Origin: Pseudothermotoga sp.
GTDB taxonomy: Bacteria; Thermotogota; Thermotogae; Thermotogales; DSM-5069
Assembly: GCA_031962025.1 (NCBI GenBank)
Contig: JAVRKW010000002.1
Strand: one strand, 5' to 3'
Length of the DNA stretch: 64,000 nt
Part shown: positions 9,027-17,780 of the stretch, in pieces
How the letters are laid out: each line of letters opens with the position of its first letter
Position numbering within the stretch: the first letter of the stretch is position 1
Notes under the pieces: model-generated
Databases searched by the model: none
Seen by the model: only the letters and a program-made list of their open reading frames with translations
Told to the model about the DNA's origin: nothing
Made by a program: the position numbers and the translations under genes

Positions 9027-10316
9027 TCACAAAAGCTTGATATTGAAAATTGATTTCAACCCAGCTTTTTTCACCCTTTCTTTTATGATTGAGATATCTG
9101 TTGTATACAGATTTTTCTGGATCATCCTTTTGAAATAAATGGAACCAGAGAAGGTGTATTTGTACTGACGACCCTCTTCTTTTTTCATTTCGGCTATCAC
9201 GTGATTTACAAAATCTCCAACGGCAAGTTCGTCTGGAAGCCTAAGAAGTTTTTCGCCCAGAACCTGCCTGACCGCATTATGTCCAGCCAAGGTTCCGGAT
9301 ACTATTGCCTCTGTGTGACCCACCATTGCACCTGCCTTTTCACCGGCGCAGAATAAATTGTCAACAGAACCTATTGCCTGAAGCTCGTCAGTACAGTTGG
9401 CAAAGCCAAAATACCTCATTGAATTACCTTTACCACCTGCTATCGGATCTTCATACCTTGCTTTTTCCATACCTGGTACTTTTCTGAGCCTTTCAAGAGG
9501 GAAAAATGGTGTCATCAATTTAACAGGACCGGTGTCCAGTAAAACCAGATTTCCGATGAATTCCTCAAGCGCATACTGTTGACATGCTTTCATACTAAGA
9601 AGTTTTTCTTCTTCGCGAACTTCAGGTGGTACTGGAACGAGTGCTGAGCCTTTTTCCTCAAGTTCCCTGACAATCTGTGGATCTATAGAATCTTTGCAGA
9701 GTTTACAGGACCCGCTCATTGCCCCAACAGTGCCATCTGGTTTCTTTCCAACCCATTCTTCAACACCGACTTTAGTGGTTATGCTCACTCTTGGTCCAAA
9801 ACTGTGGCACCTGAGAATGCACATTGCACAACCATTACCATATTTGGTGCAATTTGCCGGTACTGCTGAAGTCCCCGTTGCGTCGACAAAAGCATCTGCC
9901 CTGATTGGTTCGAGCCCTTCAACAACAACGCAGGAAATCTTCTTCCCCTCTCTTGCCACATCGATAACTCTGGCTTTTGTGAAAATTTGTACGCCGAGTC
10001 TTCCCAGGTATTCTCTTACAGCGGGCTCAATTTTATAAACGTTGTACAGACTGGCGTGTTTGTGACCTGGAAATTCGACATTTGTGTGAGTGACACAGTT
10101 ATCCATCACAGAGAAGATATCCGCTCCCATTTCGAGCATTTCCTCAGCCGCCGTAAATCTACCATTGTTTCTGAAGATCCCTCCAACCAATCCCGTCCCA
10201 AGAAGCATATCTGTTCTTTCAAGTAATATCACTTCAGCACCGGCTTTGCGGGCTGACGCAGCAGCGGCACAGCCACCCCAGCCCCCTCCTACTACGACGA
10301 TCTTTGGCGCATGCAT
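9027..10316 (-). CDS. FAD-dependent oxidoreductase (GidA-like fold) with Cys cluster
   Basis: VVVGGGWGGCAAA dinucleotide motif; VDATG; NLFCAGEK; GHTEAIVSGTLAGHNA; C-x6-C-x2-C-x3-C. Confidence 0.8.
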   Translation of the reverse strand: MHAPKIVVVGGGWGGCAAAASARKAGAEVILLERTDMLLGTGLVGGIFRNNGRFTAAEEMLEMGADIFSVMDNCVTHTNVEFPGHKHASLYNVYKIEPAVREYLGRLGVQIFTKARVIDVAREGKKISCVVVEGLEPIRADAFVDATGTSAVPANCTKYGNGCAMCILRCHSFGPRVSITTKVGVEEWVGKKPDGTVGAMSGSCKLCKDSIDPQIVRELEEKGSALVPVPPEVREEEKLLSMKACQQYALEEFIGNLVLLDTGPVKLMTPFFPLERLRKVPGMEKARYEDPIAGGKGNSMRYFGFANCTDELQAIGSVDNLFCAGEKAGAMVGHTEAIVSGTLAGHNAVRQVLGEKLLRLPDELAVGDFVNHVIAEMKKEEGRQYKYTFSGSIYFKRMIQKNLYTTDISIIKERVKKAGLKSIFNIKLL

Positions 10317-10350
10317 TAGCTCACCCCCTTATTGTCGTATTGTCCTGTGA

Positions 10351-11805
10351 TCAAATCAAACCAGAGTACTTTGCCACGATTTCGATCAATCTCACAAGAC
10401 CTCTCACAGCGAGTCTTGCTTTGTCTTCGATTATTTCACCATTTTCATCAGTTGTACCGAGCCCAAGTGATATGAATATGTTTGCATCATAAGCAACTGT
10501 CTGTACAATTCCCATTACATCTGTTCCTGATTGCAGTATGTTCGTTCCCGCATACATGTCTTCGATTGAGAAAATCGGGAATGGGACTCCTTTTTCCCAG
10601 CAATCATCGTAGTTTATCTCGACCGCACCGGAGTTGTAGCTTTTGGAAATTTTGAATATATGTCTTATCTTGCTGTCAAGTTTGGAAAATTCTTCAACTG
10701 TTATCTCATACAACCTATCAACACCCGCTCTGTACTTATCTGCTTTTTGCCTCAATGCTTTTAGAGCCGCTATCGCTCCGGCAAGAGATTCTTTACCTGG
10801 ATCAAAGGTCACATAGGCTGCCTTACCGTATGAAGACCATGTCCCGCTTCTATCACCATGTGTTCCCATCGCGCGTCTGATGGGTACCATCACATCTTCC
10901 CGACCGATTATCAAACCACAGGTGGGCGCACCGGCTGCTTTGTCCATGCTGTACGTCATAACCCATGCACCGGTCTTTCTCAAATCTGTTCCTATGAATG
11001 GCACACCCCAGGCGTTGTCAACGATGTAAGGAACATTGTAATACTGTGCAAGTTCACCGATTTTTTTCTGAAGTACAGGTGTTCCATCTTTGTCTTTTTC
11101 TCCATAGCCGTAACCAGCCGTGTCGTACCCAAGCGAGGAAAAACCAGCCAGTGTGTCGGCATATCTTTCGGCGTACTCTTTGATTCTACTTGCCGTGCCC
11201 TGGGCGTCGACACCGCTCAGCAAAATAACGGGATGGTACTTGATGCCGTGAACAGGATATCGTCCTCCAGCCATGGGAACGATGACTACATCAACATTCT
11301 CAAGCCTTTTTCCATAAAATCCAAGCTCTCCTGCTGTACAGCCTCTGTCTGCGAAGATGTCTTTGTACTGAGGTGGAATGGGTCTTCCATAACCGCCGTG
11401 GTGATGAAGATGCCTTTCATAGGGTACGATGTACCTGCTTCGGTATTTTTCACCTCTTCCAGTGAATGGTGGGGAAACAAGAACATCAAAACTCAGCCAG
11501 AGCGCAGCTTCACAGGTGCTCACAAGCAGTGCATCGTAATCGTCTCCGTAGTAATCTTTCACGATATCTCTTATTTCATCTGCAAAGACTTTGTTCGGAA
11601 TGACTTCTCTTGAAACTTTGCTTATGGCTTCATCGACTTCTTTTGAGATAAGCCCGTGACAGCCGGATATCGCACCAGTCAAACCAAACTTGCCTCGCCA
11701 TTCCTGCGGTATACCTATTTCATCCGCTGCTTTCTTGGCTTCCTCGAAAATCTTTGGCATTGATTGTTTGAGATGTCTGTAAAGATGATACTTGTTTTTG
11801 AACAT
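10351..11805 (-). CDS. Fold-type I PLP-dependent enzyme (SelA/aminotransferase class V-like)
   Basis: VPYIVDNAWG (PLP-binding Asp) and YSMDKAAGAPTCGLIIG (Schiff-base Lys). Confidence 0.75.
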   Translation of the reverse strand: MFKNKYHLYRHLKQSMPKIFEEAKKAADEIGIPQEWRGKFGLTGAISGCHGLISKEVDEAISKVSREVIPNKVFADEIRDIVKDYYGDDYDALLVSTCEAALWLSFDVLVSPPFTGRGEKYRSRYIVPYERHLHHHGGYGRPIPPQYKDIFADRGCTAGELGFYGKRLENVDVVIVPMAGGRYPVHGIKYHPVILLSGVDAQGTASRIKEYAERYADTLAGFSSLGYDTAGYGYGEKDKDGTPVLQKKIGELAQYYNVPYIVDNAWGVPFIGTDLRKTGAWVMTYSMDKAAGAPTCGLIIGREDVMVPIRRAMGTHGDRSGTWSSYGKAAYVTFDPGKESLAGAIAALKALRQKADKYRAGVDRLYEITVEEFSKLDSKIRHIFKISKSYNSGAVEINYDDCWEKGVPFPIFSIEDMYAGTNILQSGTDVMGIVQTVAYDANIFISLGLGTTDENGEIIEDKARLAVRGLVRLIEIVAKYSGLI

Positions 11806-11821
11806 ACAAAATCCCTCCTTT

Positions 11822-12256
11822 TTAGTCTCTTGTGAAATAAATCAGATCATTTAAATTCAGATTCATTTCCTCGCCGGTTACAAGCTGATCTGTGACAATC
11901 ACTATATTCTGATGGTTTGGCATATGAGTTTCATCAAAACCAGCCAGACTACCAATGCATTTTCCATTCGAAAGCTTTACTTTGTCTTTGAAGACCACCA
12001 CACCAGGACTTATGACCTCTACGAAAGCCAGATATGCTATTTTGTTCACACTCTTGCCCGGTGATGCATCCTGCTCATCTGTCAGAATGAGCTCGTGGAT
12101 CTCGCCATTTCTCAGAGCCCTTGACCAGGGGGATATCAAAGACAAATTTCTGTTGCTCAACTTTCCACGAAGCACTGCTACTACTCTTCCAACAACAGTC
12201 GTTTTTTTTGCATACAGATCTTTTTTGACAATCTCAGATGCATACGGATCCATCAT
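11822..12256 (-). CDS. Conserved hypothetical beta-barrel protein (DUF6917-like)
   Basis: EIHELILTDE and GFDETHMPNHQNIV motifs; tightly spaced within the operon. Confidence 0.6.
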   Translation of the reverse strand: MMDPYASEIVKKDLYAKKTTVVGRVVAVLRGKLSNRNLSLISPWSRALRNGEIHELILTDEQDASPGKSVNKIAYLAFVEVISPGVVVFKDKVKLSNGKCIGSLAGFDETHMPNHQNIVIVTDQLVTGEEMNLNLNDLIYFTRD

Positions 12257-12261
12257 CTATG

Positions 12262-12645
12262 TCACTCCCTGACCGCAATGACCTCGACTTCAATTTGAGC
12301 ACCTCTGGGTAAACCGGCAACTTGAACAAAGGACCTTGCAGGCTTGTGCTCACCAAAGTACTGGCTGTAAACTTCATTGACTGCGGTAAAATTAGACAGA
12401 TCTGTCACAAAAACCGTGACTTTTACTGTGTTTTTAAGATCACAACCGCTCGCTTTGAGTATGGCTTTTATGTTTTCAAAAACTCTTGCGGCTTGCTTTT
12501 TTATATCTCCATTCACCAGTTCACCCGTTACTGGATCAAGCGGGATCTGCCCGGAAACAAAAACAAATCCGCTGGCTTCAACTGCCTGAGAATATGGTCC
12601 TATTGCCTTGGGTGCCTGATCTGTACTGATAGTTCTCACACGCAT
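12262..12645 (-). CDS. ridA: RidA family reactive enamine/imine deaminase
   Basis: APKAIGPYSQA, FVSGQIP, KPARSFVQVAGLP, IEVEVIA; true start at 12645 or GTG 12639. Confidence 0.93.
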   Translation of the reverse strand: MRVRTISTDQAPKAIGPYSQAVEASGFVFVSGQIPLDPVTGELVNGDIKKQAARVFENIKAILKASGCDLKNTVKVTVFVTDLSNFTAVNEVYSQYFGEHKPARSFVQVAGLPRGAQIEVEVIAVRE

Positions 12646-12652
12646 TCCTCCT

Positions 12653-13324
12653 TCACACAATATTGGCATCTGATTTATTTCTTGCCTCACGAAGATATGC
12701 ATACACGGTGAACTTGGAATTTCCCATTTCCTTTGCGAGTAAATCAACTGCACCTTTGAGCAGGAAAAAACCTTTTTCGTCGAGCTTTCTGAGAACATTT
12801 ATTTTTTCTTCTTTGGTTGCATATCTCAAAGGCTTTCCCGTCAGAGACTTGACCTGTTGAACCGCTTCATTAAGAAGCTCTTCAACTCTGCCTGCGAATT
12901 TTTCGTGGTTTGCTCCTGCAAGGTCTTCCAGTTTCTGAAAAGACAATTGCTGATCGATCACCTGCTTAAACATGGAAATTTTAGTTGTATCGAAGTTGAT
13001 ACACAGAAAACCTATGATCTTTTCACTTTCATCGCGTATGAATATTGTCGTTGAACGCAGGATCCTGCCGTCTGAAGTTGTGGTCATGTAATTTGGCACC
13101 ACATCAACATTTTTGAACTTCTCAGATCTGAGTATGTATAGTCCCAAATCTGTTAAAGGTGCTCCAACCTTTCTTCCTGTGATATGACCGTTTTCGATAG
13201 CTATAACAGAATGCTCCGGGTCGGTTATATCATGAAGAACAATTTCATAGTCAGGACCCAGCATCTGTGCAAGACCTCTGGCAACTGGTATGAAAGCCTT
13301 TAAAATGGGATGAATCTTTTTCAT
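12653..13324 (-). CDS. YheO/DauR-family PAS + HTH transcriptional regulator
   Basis: EIVLHD, IENGHITGRKVGAPLTD, GFLCINFD, LDEKGFFLLKGAV, SKFTVYAYL. Confidence 0.9.
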   Translation of the reverse strand: MKKIHPILKAFIPVARGLAQMLGPDYEIVLHDITDPEHSVIAIENGHITGRKVGAPLTDLGLYILRSEKFKNVDVVPNYMTTTSDGRILRSTTIFIRDESEKIIGFLCINFDTTKISMFKQVIDQQLSFQKLEDLAGANHEKFAGRVEELLNEAVQQVKSLTGKPLRYATKEEKINVLRKLDEKGFFLLKGAVDLLAKEMGNSKFTVYAYLREARNKSDANIV

Positions 13325-13344
13325 AATCTCAACCCCCTTCTATC

Positions 13345-13402
13345 ATACAAAAATTTGTACTGTAATACAATAGTTTTTTTAATAAGATACAAGAATTTGT
13401 AC
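13345..13402. promoter_or_regulatory. Paired near-palindromic operator boxes
   Basis: ATACAAAAATTTGTAC (13345) and ATACAAGAATTTGTAC (13387), 42 bp apart, upstream of the regulator. Confidence 0.6.
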
Positions 13403-13559
13403 AAAGCAAGTACCAGGATCACAGATCTTTGTGCCGAAAAATCAACCAATTTGCCAGATTTTGCCAAAAAACCATCTATTTCAGCCTAAGGTTGACAGCA
13501 ACAACTTGCCGTTCAGATTATGCATTCTGTGAGGTAAAATAATAATAGAGGTGAGAGTT

Positions 13560-14192
13560 TTGAGAGAAGAACTCTACAGATTCAAATACAAATCTTTGTG
13601 CGAAAAGATCAAGCCAATTTTGGAAAGAAAAGCCTTTGAGGTGCACATAGTTGAAAATGCCGAGCAGGCAAAGAAACTGGTTGAAGAATTGATTCCGCAG
13701 GGATCGGTTGTAAGCTCAGGTGGATCAGTCACTTTGAGCGATTGCGGAATACTGGACTTACTCAGAAGCGGAAGATACAAATTTTTAGATCGATACAACA
13801 GCGTTGATAGAAGAAAAACGGAACTCGAATCTTTCGACAGCGATTATTATCTTTGCAGTGCCAATGCAATTACGATGAACGGTGAACTTGTCTTCATGGA
13901 CGGTTTTGGCAACAGAGTGGCTTCGCTGACCTATGGACCAAAGAACGTCATTCTAATCGTGAGTGCAAATAAAATTGTGAATGATCTGCAAGCCGCAAGA
14001 GAGAGAATCAGATACATAGCACCGATGAATGCAAAAAGACTTTCTCTTTCAACTCCATGTGCAAATACCGGCATCTGCCAGGACTGTGATTCGCCACAGA
14101 GAATTTGCAGACATTTTCATGTTATATATGATTCGCGCAATTTACCAAGAAGGATAAAGATCATCTTTGTGCTTCAAGAACTTGGACTGTGA
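13560..14192 (+). CDS. LUD-domain (LutC/YkgG-like) protein
   Basis: GGSVTL, SANAITMNGELVFMDGFGNRV, YGPKNV, PCANTGICQDCDSPQRIC. Confidence 0.85.
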   Translation: MREELYRFKYKSLCEKIKPILERKAFEVHIVENAEQAKKLVEELIPQGSVVSSGGSVTLSDCGILDLLRSGRYKFLDRYNSVDRRKTELESFDSDYYLCSANAITMNGELVFMDGFGNRVASLTYGPKNVILIVSANKIVNDLQAARERIRYIAPMNAKRLSLSTPCANTGICQDCDSPQRICRHFHVIYDSRNLPRRIKIIFVLQELGL

Positions 14193-14202
14193 GGGATTTA
14201 TC

Positions 14203-15282
14203 ATGGAAGAAAAATGGCTGAAGCTTTACCAGAAACTCGTCAACACCGATACCGGTTTTGACATCGACTTTCCAACAAAACTCAAAAGAACTTCTTTCAT
14301 AGCCGAAATACTGAGTGAACTTGGCTTTGATGTTCATCAAGAAGAAGCGGCACACGTTGCCGTTATGGGAAAGGAACCGTATTTGACTCTAATAGGTCAT
14401 CTTGATACGGTTTTTAAGGAAGGAGAATCACAGGCAAGACCGTTTTCTATAAAAGAAAATATAGTTTATGGACCGGGTGTTGCAGACATGAAAGGTGGAA
14501 TAATCACCCTGCTTGCGACTGTTGAACTTGCAAGAAAAAACGGCATTAAAGACCTGTGTGTGATACTCAACGTCGATGAAGAGCTTGGTTCAAAAACAAG
14601 CAGAGAGACTTTTTACAGATACGCCAGAAAAAGTGTGTGCTGCCTTTCTTTCGAACCAGGAGGCATCAATGGTGAAATCGTGGTGAGCAGAAAAGGCATA
14701 GCTTCGATGAATCTCACTGTTAAGGGAAAAAAAGCTCATGCATCGAGACTCAACGAAGGTGCGAATGCGCTGGTGGAGGCATGTCGAAAGATAGATGAAA
14801 TATACTCTTTAAACGGCACATTTGGAGATTTGACATTAAATCCAACGATAATCAGTGCAGGAGAAAAATCAAATATCACACCAGATCTGTGCAACGTATA
14901 TTTTGATGTGAGATTTTCTTCAAAAAAAGAGCTCGAAGATTGCAAAAATGCCATTATAAAAATATGTTCTAACACCTCAATAGAAGGTACAAGCTGTGAG
15001 TTTTCTCTTCAGGAACGAAGACCCGCGATGGGATTTAATCCGCAAATAAAGGTTGCTCTTGAAAAGGCTTTTGAAAAAATCGGTAAAAGATTCGAATTGG
15101 AGCATTCAAGCGGAGGCGCAGACAGTGCATTTTTCTATGAATCAGGTGTTCCGGCAATAGATGGTCTTGGCATAACAGGTGCAAGGTTTCACTCAGAACA
15201 GGAGTATGCCCTGCTTGATAGTTTTGAACCAAGAGTCATGTTATCCATGGAAATTTTAAGGTATTTTGATCAAAAGAGGTGA
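14203..15282 (+). CDS. M20 family metallopeptidase (carboxypeptidase G2-like)
   Basis: GHLDTV, GPGVADMKGG, DEELGS, FEPG, AHAS, GGADS, FHSEQE. Confidence 0.88.
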   Translation: MEEKWLKLYQKLVNTDTGFDIDFPTKLKRTSFIAEILSELGFDVHQEEAAHVAVMGKEPYLTLIGHLDTVFKEGESQARPFSIKENIVYGPGVADMKGGIITLLATVELARKNGIKDLCVILNVDEELGSKTSRETFYRYARKSVCCLSFEPGGINGEIVVSRKGIASMNLTVKGKKAHASRLNEGANALVEACRKIDEIYSLNGTFGDLTLNPTIISAGEKSNITPDLCNVYFDVRFSSKKELEDCKNAIIKICSNTSIEGTSCEFSLQERRPAMGFNPQIKVALEKAFEKIGKRFELEHSSGGADSAFFYESGVPAIDGLGITGARFHSEQEYALLDSFEPRVMLSMEILRYFDQKR

Positions 15283-15286
15283 TTGG

Positions 15287-16669
15287 ATGAAATTCGTAGA
15301 TACAACTTTAAGAGACGGACACCAGTCTTTGATAGCTACCAGAATGTCAACAAAAGACATGATTCCAGCTCTTGAAGCCATGGACAGGGTTGGTTTCTAT
15401 TCCATGGAAATGTGGGGTGGAGCCACCTTCGACGTGGCAGTGAGATTTTTAAATGAAGATCCATGGGAAAGGTTGAGAAAGATCAGAGAAAAAATCAAAA
15501 ACACAAAGCTCCAGATGCTTCTTCGCGGGCAAAATCTGGTTGGCTATCGTCACTACGCAGATGATACGGTAAGACTCTTTGTCAAAAAAATGGTCGAAAA
15601 CGGCATAGACATAATAAGAATCTTTGACGCACTGAATGACGAGAGAAATCTTGTGGTAGCCATAGATGAAGCCAAAAAAATGAAAGCGCATGTACAGGGT
15701 GCCATTTCTTACACAGTCAGTCCGGTGCACACTCTGGATTATTATCTGAACTACGCAAGAAAACTGGTAGAACTCGGTGTTGATTCGATCTGCATAAAAG
15801 ACATGGCAGGGTTATTAACCCCCAAAGAAACCTATGACCTTGTGAGTTCGCTGAAAAAACAGTTCTCACTGCCCGTAGATGTCCATTCACACTGCACCTG
15901 CGGACTTGCAGTTGCAAGTTATCAAGCCGCAATTGACGCCGGTGCAGACATAATAGACACTGCTCTTTCACCGTTTGCGCTCGGCACTTCTCAGCCTCCT
16001 TTTGAGCCGTTTTATTATTCTCTGAGCAAGCAGAATATCGTACCACCATCAGACTGGGATACTCTGAACTTTTTGATAGAATACTTCACCAAAGTCAGAG
16101 AAAAATATTCAGCCTTCGATGTGAAGATGACAACAATCGATCCAAAGATACTGTACGCACAGGTACCGGGGGGAATGTATTCAAATATGGTCAAGCAACT
16201 TCAGGAGCAGAAGATGTCCCACAAAATGAAAGAAGTACTCGAGGAAATCCCCAGAGTTCAAAAAGATCTTGGCTATCCACCGCTTGTCACACCCACAAGC
16301 CAGATAGTTGGTGTTCAGGCAGTTTTGAATGTCATGACAGGTGAAAGATATTCAAAGGTGACAAAAGAAGTCAGAGAATATGTCAAAGGATTCTACGGTC
16401 GACCACCAGCACCAATCGATCCGGAATTGATAAAAAAGATACTAAAAGACGAGAAACCAATCGACGTTCGACCCGGAGAAATCATTCCACCCGAAGTGGA
16501 AAAGGCAAGAAAAGATCTTGGTTTACTTGCCAAAAGCGATGAGGATGTGCTGATATATGTCATACTCGGGGAAGTAGGCAAAAAATACCTGCAAAAACGC
16601 TATATCGATCAGTTAAAGGTAGACTTTGATCTTGTAGAAGAATTTGAAGCACCGGTTTATCCAGTATGA
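15287..16669 (+). CDS. Pyruvate carboxylase subunit B / oxaloacetate decarboxylase alpha (carboxyltransferase, no biotinyl domain)
   Basis: DTTLRDGHQSLIATRM, EMWGGATFD, CIKDMAG, HSHCT, QVPGGM, YPPLVTPTSQIVG. Confidence 0.9.
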   Translation: MKFVDTTLRDGHQSLIATRMSTKDMIPALEAMDRVGFYSMEMWGGATFDVAVRFLNEDPWERLRKIREKIKNTKLQMLLRGQNLVGYRHYADDTVRLFVKKMVENGIDIIRIFDALNDERNLVVAIDEAKKMKAHVQGAISYTVSPVHTLDYYLNYARKLVELGVDSICIKDMAGLLTPKETYDLVSSLKKQFSLPVDVHSHCTCGLAVASYQAAIDAGADIIDTALSPFALGTSQPPFEPFYYSLSKQNIVPPSDWDTLNFLIEYFTKVREKYSAFDVKMTTIDPKILYAQVPGGMYSNMVKQLQEQKMSHKMKEVLEEIPRVQKDLGYPPLVTPTSQIVGVQAVLNVMTGERYSKVTKEVREYVKGFYGRPPAPIDPELIKKILKDEKPIDVRPGEIIPPEVEKARKDLGLLAKSDEDVLIYVILGEVGKKYLQKRYIDQLKVDFDLVEEFEAPVYPV

Positions 16670-17472
16670 TTATCGGTGTGGGTGTTGATGTTGTAAAGAT
16701 CGAAAGAATAAATGAAAATATCTACAGAAGGATCCTTGGTCCAAAAGAATTGCAGGAATTTGAGCAAATCAAGAACAAAAAGGTCTATCTTTCCAGTCGT
16801 TTTGCGGCAAAGGAAGCTTTCTTCAAAGCACTTGGTACTGGTATCAGAAATTTTTCGTTCAAAGACATTGAAATCATTCACGACAGATTTGGCAAACCTG
16901 TATTTGTTTTTCACAGAGATTTTGCTTTCAATTTTGCTCATTTGAGCATAGCACACGATTATCTGGCTTTCGCACAAGTTGCCCTTGAAAAATCCGATGG
17001 AAAGATTTACATAGGTCTTGGTTCCAATCTTGGTAATAGATTGATAAATATCCAAAGGGCATGCAATCTATTAGAGATTTTCGGGATTGATGTTGTGAAA
17101 AAATCATCCGTTTATGAAACCAGACCGTACGGTGTGACAGACCAGCCGAATTTTCTCAACTGCGTTGTCGAAGTGAATACAAACCTGACACCGCATCAGC
17201 TGCTCGACAAACTCCTGCAGATAGAACAGATCATGGGTCGAGTCAGAGAAAAACGGTGGGGACCAAGGATAATAGATCTGGATATACTTTTGTATGGTAA
17301 TTTGGTGTACGAATCAGATGATCTGTCCATACCACACTACGATATGCTCAACAGACAATTTGTCATAACTCCGCTTGTCGAGATAGATGCAATTGATCAT
17401 CCAGTTGAAGGCAGTCTGAAAAGGTTTTTGAAAGAAGGTGAAGAATGCAAACTGATTACGAGCAACTGGTAA
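16666..17472 (+). CDS. AcpS-FolK fusion (holo-ACP synthase + HPPK)
   Basis: N-terminal GVGVDVV, RFAAKEAFFKALGTG, HLSIAH; C-terminal YIGLGSNLG, SSVYET, FLNCV, WGPRIIDLDILLY, IPH. Confidence 0.88.
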   Translation: MIIGVGVDVVKIERINENIYRRILGPKELQEFEQIKNKKVYLSSRFAAKEAFFKALGTGIRNFSFKDIEIIHDRFGKPVFVFHRDFAFNFAHLSIAHDYLAFAQVALEKSDGKIYIGLGSNLGNRLINIQRACNLLEIFGIDVVKKSSVYETRPYGVTDQPNFLNCVVEVNTNLTPHQLLDKLLQIEQIMGRVREKRWGPRIIDLDILLYGNLVYESDDLSIPHYDMLNRQFVITPLVEIDAIDHPVEGSLKRFLKEGEECKLITSNW

Positions 17473-17756
17473 GGCAAATAGAACAACAAATAGATGAATC
17501 GATAGAAAACCAGCAATATGAACAGCTATTACCGCTCCTTGAAAAGCGCGAACAGATCCTGAGATCTTTTGAAAAAATAGATGAAAAATTTGCACAGTCC
17601 ATATTGCAAGCAGACGAAAAAAGAATTGAAAAAATAAAATCACAGATGGAAAAACTCGCTCAGGATGCACTGCAGATGAAAAAATCCCAGGCAGCTATCA
17701 AAAGCTATAAAGATTTCACTCAAGCTCAGGGAACAAGATTGGACAAAAAAATCTAA
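17445..17756 (+). CDS. Coiled-coil protein, FliT-like
   Basis: LLPLLEKREQIL, helical, ends AIKSY as in flagellar FliT-type chaperones. Confidence 0.5.
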   Translation: MQTDYEQLVRQIEQQIDESIENQQYEQLLPLLEKREQILRSFEKIDEKFAQSILQADEKRIEKIKSQMEKLAQDALQMKKSQAAIKSYKDFTQAQGTRLDKKI

Positions 17757-17780
17757 AAAGGGCGCTTTCGCGCCCTTTTT
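17756..17780. terminator. Bidirectional intrinsic terminator
   Basis: AAAAGGGCGC-TTTC-GCGCCCTTTTT between convergent genes. Confidence 0.85.

Noticed and set aside
9027..10316. Possible mnmG/gidA or trmFO call
   Set aside because: Too short for MnmG, has a distinct Cys-rich middle region and sits in a metabolic operon; left as an unknown flavoprotein
10858..11613. 251-aa plus-strand ORF, and similar ones at 7540-8049 and 48021-48590
   Set aside because: Antisense to well-supported genes and without recognisable motifs
10351..11805. Possible selenocysteine synthase selA
   Set aside because: Only the fold-level PLP motifs are shared; no selB/selC/selD in this window
13587..13600. TACAAATCTTTGTG resembling the operator box
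   Set aside because: It lies inside the coding sequence of the divergent gene and could arise by chance in AT-rich DNA
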